Of a DNA stretch of 64,000 nucleotides, positions 48,548 through 61,000 are shown one piece after another. The translations under genes were made by a program, and so were the position numbers. This DNA comes from Marsupella aquatica (Eukaryota; Plantae; Marchantiophyta): the NCBI GenBank assembly GCA_973895155.1, contig OZ316891.1, positions 10,169,875 to 10,233,874 of the forward strand, in the 5' to 3' direction. The notes below the pieces were generated by a model. That model had not been told where the DNA came from and ran no database searches. It saw only the letters and a list, made by a program, of their open reading frames with translations. How positions within the stretch are numbered: position 1 is the stretch's first letter; every line of letters begins with the position of its first letter.

Positions 48548-49909
48548 ATGGCCGCCGCCGCCGCCTCGTTCGTCGCCATGTCGCTCGGGACCTCTGCTGC
48601 TCTTCAGACCGCAACGACCCAGAAATTGGTGAGATTTCGTTCTTCTGCACCCACTCTCTCTCTCGCTCTGCTGGAAGTGATAGAGTGATGATGCTGCTTT
48701 GCTCGATTCGGCTCTGCTCTGTTACGCTCGTGGTCTTAGATCAGAGCCAGCTGCAAGAGACTGAAACACGGACAATGCCAGGAATGGTTTGGGTGGTTGG
48801 GTGGTGCGATCGGGGACACAGCGTTCGTTAGAGCCAGAGGAACCGCCACTCATGGTGGCATTTGAGTTGAGAATATTCAGAGCTGGTTTGAACATGGTTC
48901 AAGCTTGCTCATCAGGAGCAGACGTAGACTGTTATTCTTTTCAATGGGGCATTGGAGCAGACTCTCCCTATGAATTTCTGGGTCCCGTCTCGTACGAAAG
49001 TGGGAAGAGAAGCCTACGCAAAAGAAATGGTCCTACTTAGAAACCAGAACCGTCCTATTCATGTAGGAGTGATTTTTCAAGAACGTGGAGCCTGACGTTT
49101 CATCGGGATCGAGCTAGTTTGCATTGTTCCAGAAACAAATCTGATCTATGTTTGTCGGTTCTCTTGCAGTCTGTGGCTAGATTCAATGGACTGAAAGCCT
49201 GCCCGGTGCTCAGGCAAAGTGCTGTCATCTCCCGCCCGGTTGCCATCCGACGCCTGACCATCAGTGCCTCTGTAAGTTACAAACTCTTCGACGTCTTTCA
49301 TGTGAAGCAAGTACTATTGCAGTGGACTATGGGCCTTGACCGATTTTTGGTTTCGATATTGTCCTCAGGGTATGAACCGATTTGCCTTTCTGCAGTGTTA
49401 ATCCCATTGGCTGGTTGCTGTACAGGCTAAGCCAGATACTCTCTCAGCTGTTCAGGGGATCATTGCCCAGCAACTGGCTGTAGGCGTCGAGAAGGTGCTC
49501 CCTGAAGCCAAGTTCGCCGATCTTGGTGCTGATTCTCTTGACACGGTAAGCAGTTCCACTGTGAAAGACTTGAAGTGGAAATAGTCACTACACTGGACGA
49601 TGCTGAGGAATATTTATTTTTTCGCTTCCATAGCCTGCCACAGGAAATGCTTGGCGTCCACCTGAAGTGCCTTAAGGCATGTCCATTTTCCGTCTTCCGG
49701 ACCAGAGCCTGTCCTCGGCCACCAATGAACGACGAATGTTATGTCCAGAGGATTTATTTGTGGAGGCTGATTTGCAATGTGGGCGGATTCAGGTGGAGAT
49801 CATCATGGCTCTCGAGGAGACATTCAAGATCACCCTCGATGAGGAAGGTGCCCAGAAGATCTCAACCGTACAAGAAGCAGCTGACTTGATTCAGACCTCC
49901 ATCGAGTAA
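48548..49909 (+). CDS. ACP: Plastid acyl carrier protein, 4 exons
   Basis: Exons 48548-48628, 49170-49271, 49426-49545 and 49793-49909, all phase 0. A transit peptide is followed by AKPDTL...[12 protein letters not shown]|[13 protein letters not shown], which contains the phosphopantetheine Ser (DSL). Confidence 0.96.
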
Positions 49910-51184
49910 GAAGTTAGACCTCACATTGTATTTGACGACTTCAAAATCGTTCGTTTCGAAATTTAGAAAAATAATCCTTCATCAGTGATCCGGAATCGGT
50001 GTTGGATGAAACAATTAGAGCTGGGGAATCACTGCGATTCGTGGGTTCCCGACCTCATTCCACATTTTTGGGCTTGCCCACTGATATGGTCGGCATACGG
50101 ATTAGAGTAAGGGCATTGGCGGAAGAAAGTCTGATCTGTGTAGGAAAATACTCATTGTTGCAAGTCTAATAAAGCACTGGGTTCCTAAACATCCCCTGAC
50201 GGAGCAACCTGTTCTAGCTCGAATTGCATGGAAGTTTGTGAATGCATTCGAGTTTTGGAGGAGAATTTTAACGTTTCCAGACTGTCATGTCCGACACAGT
50301 CAGCTGACTCGGTGAAGCAAGTCATGGGGAATTAACACATGCATCAGTGATGAGGAATGAACATATTCATGGACAATGAGAAGCAGGGACAGATCAACGC
50401 AAGCTGAGACCTCTTTTCTGAGGGTTGTCGTTAACCGAGAACACCACTAGATGATGTATATCAATTGATAAAGTTGACAGCTCGAAAATTGTGGGAGTCA
50501 GGACGTCGGGTGTTATTCTGAAATGTCAAGCCTTTGTCCATTCTCCCCTGCACTATCTCCGAATGAGTCGGATCTGGTTTTCACATTTTTGTTCACGCCT
50601 CGAGTCGTACGCCCGTATTAGAATAAGTTGGAGTCATCGGGGATCTCTCATGTGTTGTCAAAGAAAGGGTTCCTCTCCTCTGTTTCTCCTTCTGAATCGA
50701 ATCTCCCGAGAATACGGGCGAGGAATGTCGTCCTCGTGAATCGAATCTTCCGAGAATAAGGAGCGAGGAATGTCGCCCGCAGCCGAAGCTTGCATTCGTC
50801 CGAAAAGGAATCTTTCTGTGGGCGTCTCACAAAGATGGCAGCATAGAGGATGACAGCCTGTACCGAACGGACCAACCTACCCCACCGGGGATGTGTCCTC
50901 TACCAGAAGTCCAAATGCACGGTTGTCGTCTGCCCAGACTGCCTGTGATGTACAAACCCTCCCTTAAACCTCTCCACTCCGACAGGAATCAAATCCATCC
51001 AAGACGAGATCCGTCTCATGCCTTCGGAATCGTCGAACCGTCCAACAAGACTTAAGGTTCCTTCATGTTGTCGTCTTTGCTTCCAAACGACAACCATCGT
51101 CTCTCGATATTCATCAGTAAGTGTTTTCAGCTCATATCCCATACTGGATTATATCCCCAAAAATGCAATGTACACGTCTGTACC

Positions 51185-51475
51185 CGTCAGAATGGGAGTA
51201 AATCTATTCACCTCATATCTAAAACATTTAACATACTCCTACAACTTCACTCCATGTCTATCCCGGATGGAGCTTCTCAAAAGTCTCGATATTCAGTGAA
51301 GCTCTTCACCTCACATCGCAACTTGAATACAGCCCCCAAACTGCAATCGACTTCACGGGTCTCTATCCGTCAGAATTGGAGTAAATCTCTTCACCTCATA
51401 TCTAAAATATCCCAAAGATTATTAGTCCGCAAGCTTCTCACCGTCTCTCTCCCGAATGGAGCTTCTCAAAAGTCT
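51185..51475. repeat. Two diverged ~105-bp direct repeats (period ~183 bp)
   Basis: CCGTCAGAAT.GGAGTAAATCT.TTCACCTCATATCTAAAA...TCCCG.ATGGAGCTTCTCAAAAGTCT twice. Confidence 0.75.
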
Positions 51476-54400
51476 GGATGAAAACATTGATCACGTCAGC
51501 TGTCGCAGAGGAACAAACAGAGAGAATTGACACGCAGCAATGTTCACGTCCAGTCCTTCGAGAAATTCCAATGAATGCATGTAGTGTAGTGTACTGTAGT
51601 GTACTTCAAAGCCAATCCTTCTCATGTCAACAACGAGAGCGTCTCTTGTCCTAATTAAGCTTTGAAGCGAACCTCTGTCGCTCTGCATGGAAACTGCGTC
51701 AATCCGAAAGGATTTCTCCAACTAAATCACCACCATGTCATCCAAGAATCGAAATGGTCACAACACATCCATAATCAGAACAAAACTCATGTATAGAGAG
51801 TTGAATTTGAGTAAACGAGGGGTCATGTCACTGCAAGCAGCTGCGAGAGTGAGGCGATGTGACTCGAATTTGACGCTGGCTCTCAACCCATTCTGTACAG
51901 CCTCCTCTCCTCCTCCAGCTCCGCCACCTTCATCACTCCTGCACAATTTTTGGCGTGAGCTTTCGTGATGCTCAAGTTGTTTAGGGTCTTCCAGGGATCA
52001 CAATTTTCATTGCTTGGTTCAGCAGAAAAAGAATCTATGAAACAAAACAAATAAAGTTTCCATCGTCCACCAGGTTTGACAAAATGCCCTGCCCCATACA
52101 CCATTTTGAAATGTTTTTTTTTTTTTCCTCAAATAACGCTTTTGCTGTGTATAAAGTTTCCTTGTTTTGGGTGTTAAAAATGCTTGGTCCATTCGAGTCC
52201 CAAACGTGATGGTCCATCCAAGCATCATCAACATAATGGACACCCAACCAATTCGGGTTCAAACAAAAATTCTATCTGGGAGAGTGAAAAATGGTTCAGT
52301 CCTCCAGAGGTAAGTGCTCCATGTCATTCATTCCCACGAGAAAGGGTAGACCCCTCACCCCTATTAGTGCTAGCAGCTACTGTAATTAGTGTAGTAAGAA
52401 ATTAGTACTACTAACAAGCAGAGGGTAATTAGAGCTTTTCTACTCTAGTTCATGCTAGGGCCAAGGATAATCCTACGAAACTATTTTTAAAGTGCATGAA
52501 TTTTATTTATATAGGTAGCACTAATTCATCAGTATGCCCAAAATTTGCTTCACCTGAGTTAGTGCGATTAAAACTAATTAGGGTGAATAATGTAGGCTTG
52601 CAGCAGCCAACTCAGGGAGAGCTGCAAACTGGGCATAAGTATTCATTGGGGACGTGGTTGAGGTTTTGCACATGTGGGGACTGTTTTGACAGCTGCTGCT
52701 GTGGCTGGTGCTCATTGGGATGGAGGTTTTTTGCTGTATGGCGACAACAGGATGTGTTTCCATCCAAGTGGACCAAGTTTCAACCAGCTTTTCATTTGTG
52801 GATGCGGAGTCCTGTCAGCAAGTCCAAAACTGCAAACCATTAAAAGATATGAATAAATTCGTGAAATTGTAGGGCCATGGGAATCTTTTGGACCACCAAT
52901 TTTACGTGTCAAAATCCCCTTCATGTTGGTAACTATGGGTTTGGCATATAACAGACATGCATAAGGGATTGGAAACCAACCCCAACAAAATGGGACACTC
53001 GACCCATGCCTTTGGTTAAGACTTACCTAATTATAGTACATAGAGTGTCTCCACTAAGTAGTCTTGACTTTGGCCGGGTTCACAATCTGTCGCTTCAATG
53101 AGTATTTCCCACCTGATTGAGTTGGCAAACATAAAAGGCAACCACAGTCACAATCTATAGGTGTTCTGGAATAACCGTCATACTAACTGACTTTTGGGTC
53201 TTAGGCGGGAGTGTTTTCATGTGGTCAAAGTCACATTTGTAGTCGACACCAGAAATATAGCTCTGTGGGTGGTACTGTAGAATGTAGCGAAAAACAACAA
53301 ATACTTTTCCAAATCCTGTGGCGGCCAAAGGCACGAGACCTAGTAGGTAATTACTGAACCGTAGCATCTGAAGCGTCATAATAGGAAAGTGGGGTGGTAT
53401 TGCTTCCTACTGACCCCCCGCCGCGTCCGGAATATCAGACAGAGGCCCAGGGAAAGGTATTTTCTGCCCTTTCCTGTTCTTTCAGTGTGCCTCCGGCGTA
53501 GAGCGGGAGCCTTACGGCCCAATCCAAAAGGATGAATGGAATGTTTCTTTATAAACAATTTTTTGATGAATAAATTCAAAAACCTGGTTTAGATATTGTT
53601 TCCATCTTATTTATTACACCCATTCCAGAAAAAATGATACTTCAAGACTATTCTCAAGCTTCCGTCTGCTTCCTGAGAGAATTTAAATTAAGTATGTTGG
53701 TCTTTTTTGCTGGTGTAGTCCTTGAGGGAGAATGCTCTTACAAGTTGTGGTAAAAGCAGATATATTCCTCCTGGGAGGTTATGCTTACTCGGTAGATGAC
53801 ATTTTGCATATTTAGCACAAGCAGGAGCACAGGTTCCATTATGCTATGTTATGCCATCTCAGTGTTGATGCACAAGATATTGGTGCACTGAACATTGTTG
53901 GCACAAAGTATGGTAAGCAAGGGCCAATACGGAGAAATTGTTCACACCGAAGATAGTCCACATGAAAATTTTTTGCACAAATTTTAAATTGCTTGTACAA
54001 AAGATGCAATAGTTGCATGCAAAAATCATCAGCTACCCTTATTTGTGCACTTGAACACAGCAAAGGGGATGGAGGAATTAAGAGACAGGCCTGGGAGAGA
54101 GGGGGATAGAAATTTGGGCAAGCTGGACATGACTCATGATGGGGCATGGCGGTGCCTGGCAGAGCAGCTTTCAGTTAACCACTGCCGGTTAGGCTACAGA
54201 CCGAAGGTGGATCGCCCTTGGAGCTTATTTAACCCACCTACAATTTAAAAGGCAGGTTGATCATTGAGAGTGAATGCATGAATTGGCCTGCAGTTCTTGT
54301 AAAGCAAATTGCACTCCTTTCCACACATTATATGTCCCAATTTGATTTTAGAGGGAAGAAGTAGAGGACAAATGCCCCATAGGTCTTGTCAACTTAATAA

Positions 54401-54817
54401 AAAAACCAAGATTAGTACAATAGCACTTGATAAACTGTTCACATTAGCCAAGGTTTGCGCTAAAACTTCCATATGATGCTGCAATTCCAGAAATAATTTC
54501 TCCAGATTTCATTTTCTAACTTAAGATATCTATGTATGGAGTGATACATCAGTCTTTACATCAAATCGCTTAGACTACTTCTAAATATGCATTAAAATAA
54601 TCCTCCCTGATTCACAACAGACACCTATAATTTAGTCATTGGGAGCTAATAATTTGTTTTTGATGAGCCTGATTGCCCTACAGTAGTCAAGAAACTAACA
54701 CCGGAATTACCAAAGCTCAACCCTAAACATAAACCTAGCTTGTTCAGACCAAAACCTTCTGAAGTGAACTTCAATAAATGCAAATTGTTTGAGCAAAGGC
54801 ACCAAAGTTTGGATATG

Positions 54818-54931
54818 TTTGGATAACCCCCTAGAGGTGCTTTACAATCTTGAGGAAGTAGTCATTTGGATAACCCCTAGAGGTGACCATTTCCTCAAGA
54901 ATTTGAAACTACCTCTAGGGGTTATCCAAAT
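54818..54931. repeat. Two direct copies and one inverted copy of a ~20-bp motif
   Basis: TTTGGATAACCCC(C)TAGAGGT at ~54818 and ~54865, and its reverse complement ACCTCTAGGGGTTATCCAAA at ~54911. Confidence 0.8.
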
Positions 54932-56885
54932 ATCTCCAAACTTTGACTTGGGTTTATGTTCAGGGGTGAGCATTGACTTGGGCCGAATGCTTGTAATGTA
55001 GGATATATCAAACAAATGGGCCACCCAGGTCTTGAAGAAAGCCAACTGGACCCACTAATTGTCACGTACACTAGCATCTGTCAACAGAATGGCTTTAAAA
55101 GACACCGGTTTAAATGGATTAAATTTGGACTTTGAGTGGAAATGGCTGGAGTTGGCTTAAATTACAGAACTGAGGGCCCATTCAGGTATGATGTCTAGTG
55201 TCTACCAATCCTACAGAGCAAGGACTGGGCCCAAGTATATGCTGATATGGAGTGTTTTGTTTTGTCTAGAATATTAGGCGGTGGTGGTGAAACACTTGCA
55301 AAGTTTGGCTCCAAGACCTCCTTCATTCAAGGGATTTGCACTTACTGAATTTCATTTCAAAACAATTTTGGTCTGGGCTCTATCTGTAGAGCAAGAACCC
55401 CTCCAGTTTTGGTGAAAAGAATCACAAGTGCCCCCATTGCCTTGTAATGTCAGTCAAATGGGCCTCCTGAGCTCTTGTACAGCCAACTGCATTAGCCATT
55501 TCCTGTCAATACACATTATAGTGTCCAGTTTAAATTCTTTACAAGCTTCCCTTGGAAACTCATTTATTGCCTATTTGGTCCTGCCATTCAATGCTGCCAA
55601 TTACCATGAGCTGCCCATCGCTCATAGAAGGTGATGACATGAAAGTGTATGTTTTCACATTTTTGAATGCTTCCTGCATTGATTTCCGCAAAGAGGGCTG
55701 GCTGGCAGGCGTAGCCCCCAAGAACAACAGCAAAATCTAGGAAATTGCACACATCATCCTTGGCAGGGCCTTTCACTTTGTTGGCTTTTGGTTGGGTCCC
55801 CTTGGCTTGTTTTTCTTGGGGCCCTTTCCCCTCTTTCCTCCCCTTCATTGGGTTGCTTCCCCTTTGGGATCATGTCTCTTGGTTCGGCGGTTTTGCCCTC
55901 GGGCACTGTGATATATGCTTCCTGAGGACAGAGTCAAAACATTAGTTATCTAAGCCAGCTGTTTCATTGTAGCAAGTGAGATGTTGACTTCAAGCTTCAT
56001 CAGTCAACCAACTTTTGCACAAACCCCCAACTCAAAGTAGGGTTCACCAAAGCATTCTGCACACAAAAGGACTTGACACTAAGAAAATTTGGATGTCACT
56101 CACCTATCACCTATGTGGAAATGGACAGGGCAACATCTAAGATTGAGACCCAAGGGGTTGTAATAAATGAGTTCCCACTAACATGGAAATGAGCAACCAG
56201 CCAACATATAAGAGTGACTAGATCGAGAAAAAAGGGGTACTAACCTGAATATACGTGAGAGTGACAGTATAAAAAAGACAAGAGTTTACCATAAAATCTA
56301 GGGGCAAATGGTATCGACAATATTGCATTTTGGGCAAAAACCTCAGTCACCGTAGAGTCTTGCTAAAAAAGAGTCATGGTGAGATATTGTTGGCTTGGTT
56401 GAGCTCCTGAAAATTGTGCACAGTACCTCCTGTGGGTACATTCAGTACAACTCAAGGTGGAACTGCTTTTTTTACCTCCCCAGCACAAAAAAACTAGTTT
56501 TGTATAAGATAACGTTCTCTGGGCTGGGTTACTAGCTACCCTATGACCAGAAAGTGAGTGAAAGTTGACTTAGCCCCAACCCGAAAAGTTCCCTAGTATT
56601 CTGGGAGCAGGGGTTCAGGCTAGAACCCTTGCCCAGACTTCCTGTATAGTACATAATTACTGTCCAAAAAAAGGTTACTCATAATGCGATTCCTAGCAAG
56701 AGATTATGGGAATAGCAAGTACCTATGAAATGATTTACACACTGTAATCTGCACTCCCTACATAATTAGGTTGCTACTCTCACTCCTGTGTACACTCCAG
56801 GAGACCATTTGCCATTTGGCCTTCACTACTAGAAAGAACTGCAGGCCTCTCGACCCTCATGCCCCCACTTTACTGAAAACTCTGT

Positions 56886-57247
56886 TGGCTCCCTAAATCT
56901 TGTAAAGCCACCCTTACTGGATTACCTCCACCTCAATAGATGTAGAGTGAATAAAAAAACGACAATGACTCCCTAAGTCTTGTAAAGCCACCCCTTGCAT
57001 TGCCTCTACCTGAATAGATTTCACGTCAGACTGAAGGAACAAAAAAAAGCCAATAGCTCCTATGTCTCATAAAGCCACCCTTATTCCATTGTGTGGGGAT
57101 TGAAGGAAAAAAACAGAACAATGGCTCCCTAAGTCTTGTAAAGCCACCCTTATTGCATTGTGTGGGGATTGAAGGCAAAAAAGACAATGGCTCCCTAAGT
57201 CTTGTAAAGCCACCATTATTGCATTGTGTGAGGATTGGAAGGAAAAA
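56886..57247. repeat. Tandem array of ~65-85-bp units (5 copies)
   Basis: CAATGGCTCCCTAAGTCTTGTAAAGCCACCCTTATTGCATTGTGTGGGGATTGAAGG(A)n, repeated with divergence. Confidence 0.9.
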
Positions 57248-58067
57248 GATACATAGGTGAAATCTACCATAGTTCCGATGCTGTCCATAAACTGCCACTC
57301 CTGGGAGATCGATGCAAGCTGCGGCCAGTTCTCTCGTAGCGCTTCTCCATCCAGTTCAAACGAATGCTTCATGCTGCTGCTGGAGGTGCCAAGTGTACGC
57401 AGCGTCATCCTCGTCTTCCCAGAGCTGCTGTAGAACCATTTGGTAATTCTACCTCTGTGAAACATTGGATGCAAATCTTTCTCGATGTAATTAGAAGTGG
57501 TCAAGAAATTCAAAGTCTAGGTCATGAAATGTCTCGTCGTCGAGATCAATTGACGTAGAGATATGGTCCAGTGCAGAGTTGTACCCCGCAGCACATTAGT
57601 GGAAAATGGGGATTGAAATCTGGAAATAAACCGTGGGGCCCTACTGTAGTGAGCCTGTGCAATTAGTTTTTCCACGAAGCAAATCCTCGAGTCGCTGCCA
57701 ACGTGCTTGGTGCACCTGAAGCCAATCTTTGGAGTGGTAAAGAGCATTCCACGGACGTAAAATCTGAGAAGTTACAACATTAGTCACTAAGGGACTGAAA
57801 TTCTAGTATTCAGTTGTTTTTTTGTGTGAACCTGATCGTCCTTACGGTAATCGCAGCAGCAGAGAAAACAATCACCTCGTTAGGTGGACGAAGAAGATCT
57901 TAGTTGCACGAGAGGAAATAGCGGATTGTGCTTGCTGGGGCTGAGGTTTCAGTAGTAGCACGAGAATCAGCCGAGCGACGAGGCTTTGCTTTCGGCCAAG
58001 AAGAGCAGGGAAGCGGTTGCGCCTCTGGATTATTTTGTTGCAGCTGTTGTTGTTGCTGTTGTTGGAG

Positions 58068-61000
58068 ATGGTAGCGGTTTCAGCTTCTATGATCGTTGGT
58101 GCTGTCTTCGGATCCGTGACTGCGCGGCAGACGGCTGCAGCCCAGGTGTGGATTTTGATAGCGAGCGCTCTTTGAGAGATTCAAGGACTGTCCTGTAATC
58201 TTCCCCCCGTTTTTCCATCTCAGCTGGTGTTCGTATCTCTGTAGTAGATGTGGTCATTCAAGAGTAGTTTTTCTGTTCTCTCAGTGACAATAATGCGCGA
58301 TTTAGAATGTATGACGTTGTCATCTATTGGAATCTATGGTCTTTTCCAACATGAAGATATCGTCGTTTCTACCTGTTTGCAATCTGTGATGGGCGGTACG
58401 TACTGTGACAGAAATAAGTTTTCCCAGTGTTTTCTGTGAACAGTATCCTTGATATAGAAACTATGACACGCCTGGGAAGCTTCTGAGGTAGAACTCAGGT
58501 GCTTTGTATCTCTCTCGAGTTTGTGGTGGACTTGTCCACGCAGAATGAGGTCTGCTTCACTTGAAAGTTGACGTTATAAAAGTCAGTGGGTGCATTAGCA
58601 TGTTAGTTTTTTTCCATGGTTTCCGTCCCAAGAAGTGAGATTGCAACTCATGTGGTGTGGGTTGCTTTAGTCGTGTTGTGGCGTCTGGGTCCATAGCTTT
58701 GTTGTTGGTCGGAGTTCGTGGTCTCTACTTCTGGAGTATCTTATTGCAACTATGTAGGAGCTGAGGAGTCCTTTTACTTTCCTTCATCATTTGTTTCGTC
58801 AGCATTGATGGACTATCGAGAAGTTTGTCTACTGTGCTGTCTTTTTCTGTACAACTACTTTTGGTTCACTAGTGAAGCCTGGATCTTAGCGTTTTGTAAT
58901 CTGACTCTCATTTCTACATTCCGTTTTGCAGCCGGTTGCCACATTCAATGGATTGAGACCGCGTCCCGTGTTGAGGCAAACTGCAGCCTTCCGCCTCCCT
59001 GTGGATCCTCGGAAGTTGACCATCACCCCCGCTGTAAGCTCTTACATCGTATTCCCCTTTGAATGACGAGACGAACCAAAAATCTACCTTAGAAAACAAC
59101 CATCTTCTTGTTATCAAGTGGGTGGGTTAGGGGTTTTGTGAAGTTGACACATCTGGAGTCTTGGTCTGAGGCTGGCTCGCGTTTATAGCACCATTTAATC
59201 CAGAGGCCAACGACACAATCATGTAGATTAATATCATTTGTTTTCATCGGGTAATATGAATCTAATGACTTGAAATAGGTACTGCATTTGACAATGTATG
59301 CACCCTACAATCCTCTAGTTTCATCCGAGTAATTTAGGAGTTGTTCATGGAAAATGAGATGTATTCATCGACTTGCCTGCCTGGATACTTTCACTTCTGA
59401 GCTTGAAATGCTTTTGGGCTTTGTCCGTGGTGATAGAGTCTCGGGTTAAGGGCAGTTGTCAGCTCTATCTCATAAAATTTTGTAGTTTGTGGTGTCAAGG
59501 TACGAGGGTGGAATGTGTCTCGCGAGATGAGACTTGTCTCATACTTCCTTAGGTCTTGTTCTCGAATGCTCGAACGAAGAGCTTGAATATTTCGCGTCTA
59601 TCAAATATTAGACCCAGCAAAGCGGGTAAAATATGGACCCTCGTCTGTTAATTTGTATGTTCATGTTTGCCACTATGCTATGGAGTAACCCTCACATCCA
59701 AACATTATGCCTTCTCACATATGCTATATTAGTTCTGGCACAATTACCACGGCCCCCACTGTTTCCCTGGGTCACCCGGTATTTGTCCCTGCGGACAGAC
59801 GGATGGAAGGAAGGAGAAACCTTTGTTCCTTTAAAGCCCTCACTAGCTCGGGATTGAACGCACACGTCGGAACCATGATCAGTGCTGCAACTTTTTTTTC
59901 CTTCAGGGGTCTGCAGTCAGGTTGACAAGAGTCGCACTCGTGGAAGGCACTGTTGCTCACACCGTTTATGATTTCCCTTCTGCACCAATTCTTTTGCCAG
60001 AAGGGCCATGGACACAGGTAGGTTTCAAATTTATTTCCCTGTTGATATGTTTTCCATTAAAGCTGTCCTTCTATCAATGATGTTGATTTTCGCGTATTCA
60101 TGATGGACCCAATAGATTTTGATGGATAGGTTTAGTGATATAGCACTCAATGGGTGATCCTGGGCAATTTTTGCTGTGCACCAGGCTTACACTTTGTGCT
60201 TAACTGTTCTTACAGATCCCTGGAGGTGTCACTGCTGCAAGTGGTTTCAAGGCTGCAGGACTTTATGGAGGACTACGTGCCGTTGGACAAAAGCCAGACC
60301 TAGCTTTGATCGTGGCTGATGATGATGCAGTCGTAGCAGGTTGTTCTGCTCCCTTTCTCGAGGAGTTTGTCCATGGAACTCTGCAGAACTCTAGGCATTA
60401 TAATCTATGTAAATGGTTCCTTCTTGTTCTTAACTGTCTCATTTCATGTGTTCAAATCTTTGTCCGTGATTGTAAGGACATCTTGTGCACATAGAGACAG
60501 GTGTTCCAAACGCAGGCGAACTGTCACTATCTTAAATGTTTAGAAGTCTTTGTTGAATTTCTTTTTCAGGAACGTTTACAAAGAATCTCATGGCAGCTGC
60601 TCCCGTTGTTTACTGCAAAGATGTTCTTGCGAACTCCTCTACCGTGGGTCCTCCTTGTCGTTGCACCCCTGATCACTTCTATATTCGTGGTCCTAGAGTT
60701 TGCTGCTGCTGTCCAAGTGCTTTTGAGTTTTAGACTCCTAGCTGAAACTTCGAATTTATGAAAGTTAGATGTGCTTGTCTCAGCCACCTTAACAACGTAA
60801 ATCATATTAAAAAATTGTGCTTTGCAGGCCCGTGCCATTCTTGTAAATGCTGGACAAGCCAATGCAGCCACGGTCAGTTTGTGCGACTCTTCTGCTTTCT
60901 CGCCACTTTACTAGTCGATGATTTCACACATAGTTTCATGCGCATGGGTTACACTAGCTGAGTGGAAATATTCTATGTACTGATTTTGGTGCTTTGAATG

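Noticed and set aside
50650-51950. Possible decayed gene on the minus strand
   Set aside because: The short ORFs are in inconsistent frames with no recognisable domain; only the direct repeat is supportable.
55400-55945. Possible degenerate gag/zinc-knuckle fragment (KGPAKDDVCNF)
   Set aside because: There is no complete CCHC motif and no other retroelement domains or LTRs nearby.
57067-57513. 148-aa minus-strand ORF head-to-head with ArgJ
   Set aside because: The C-terminal ~60 aa come from the tandem repeat. The N-terminal part has a possible donor, but I could not support any family motif or downstream exons.
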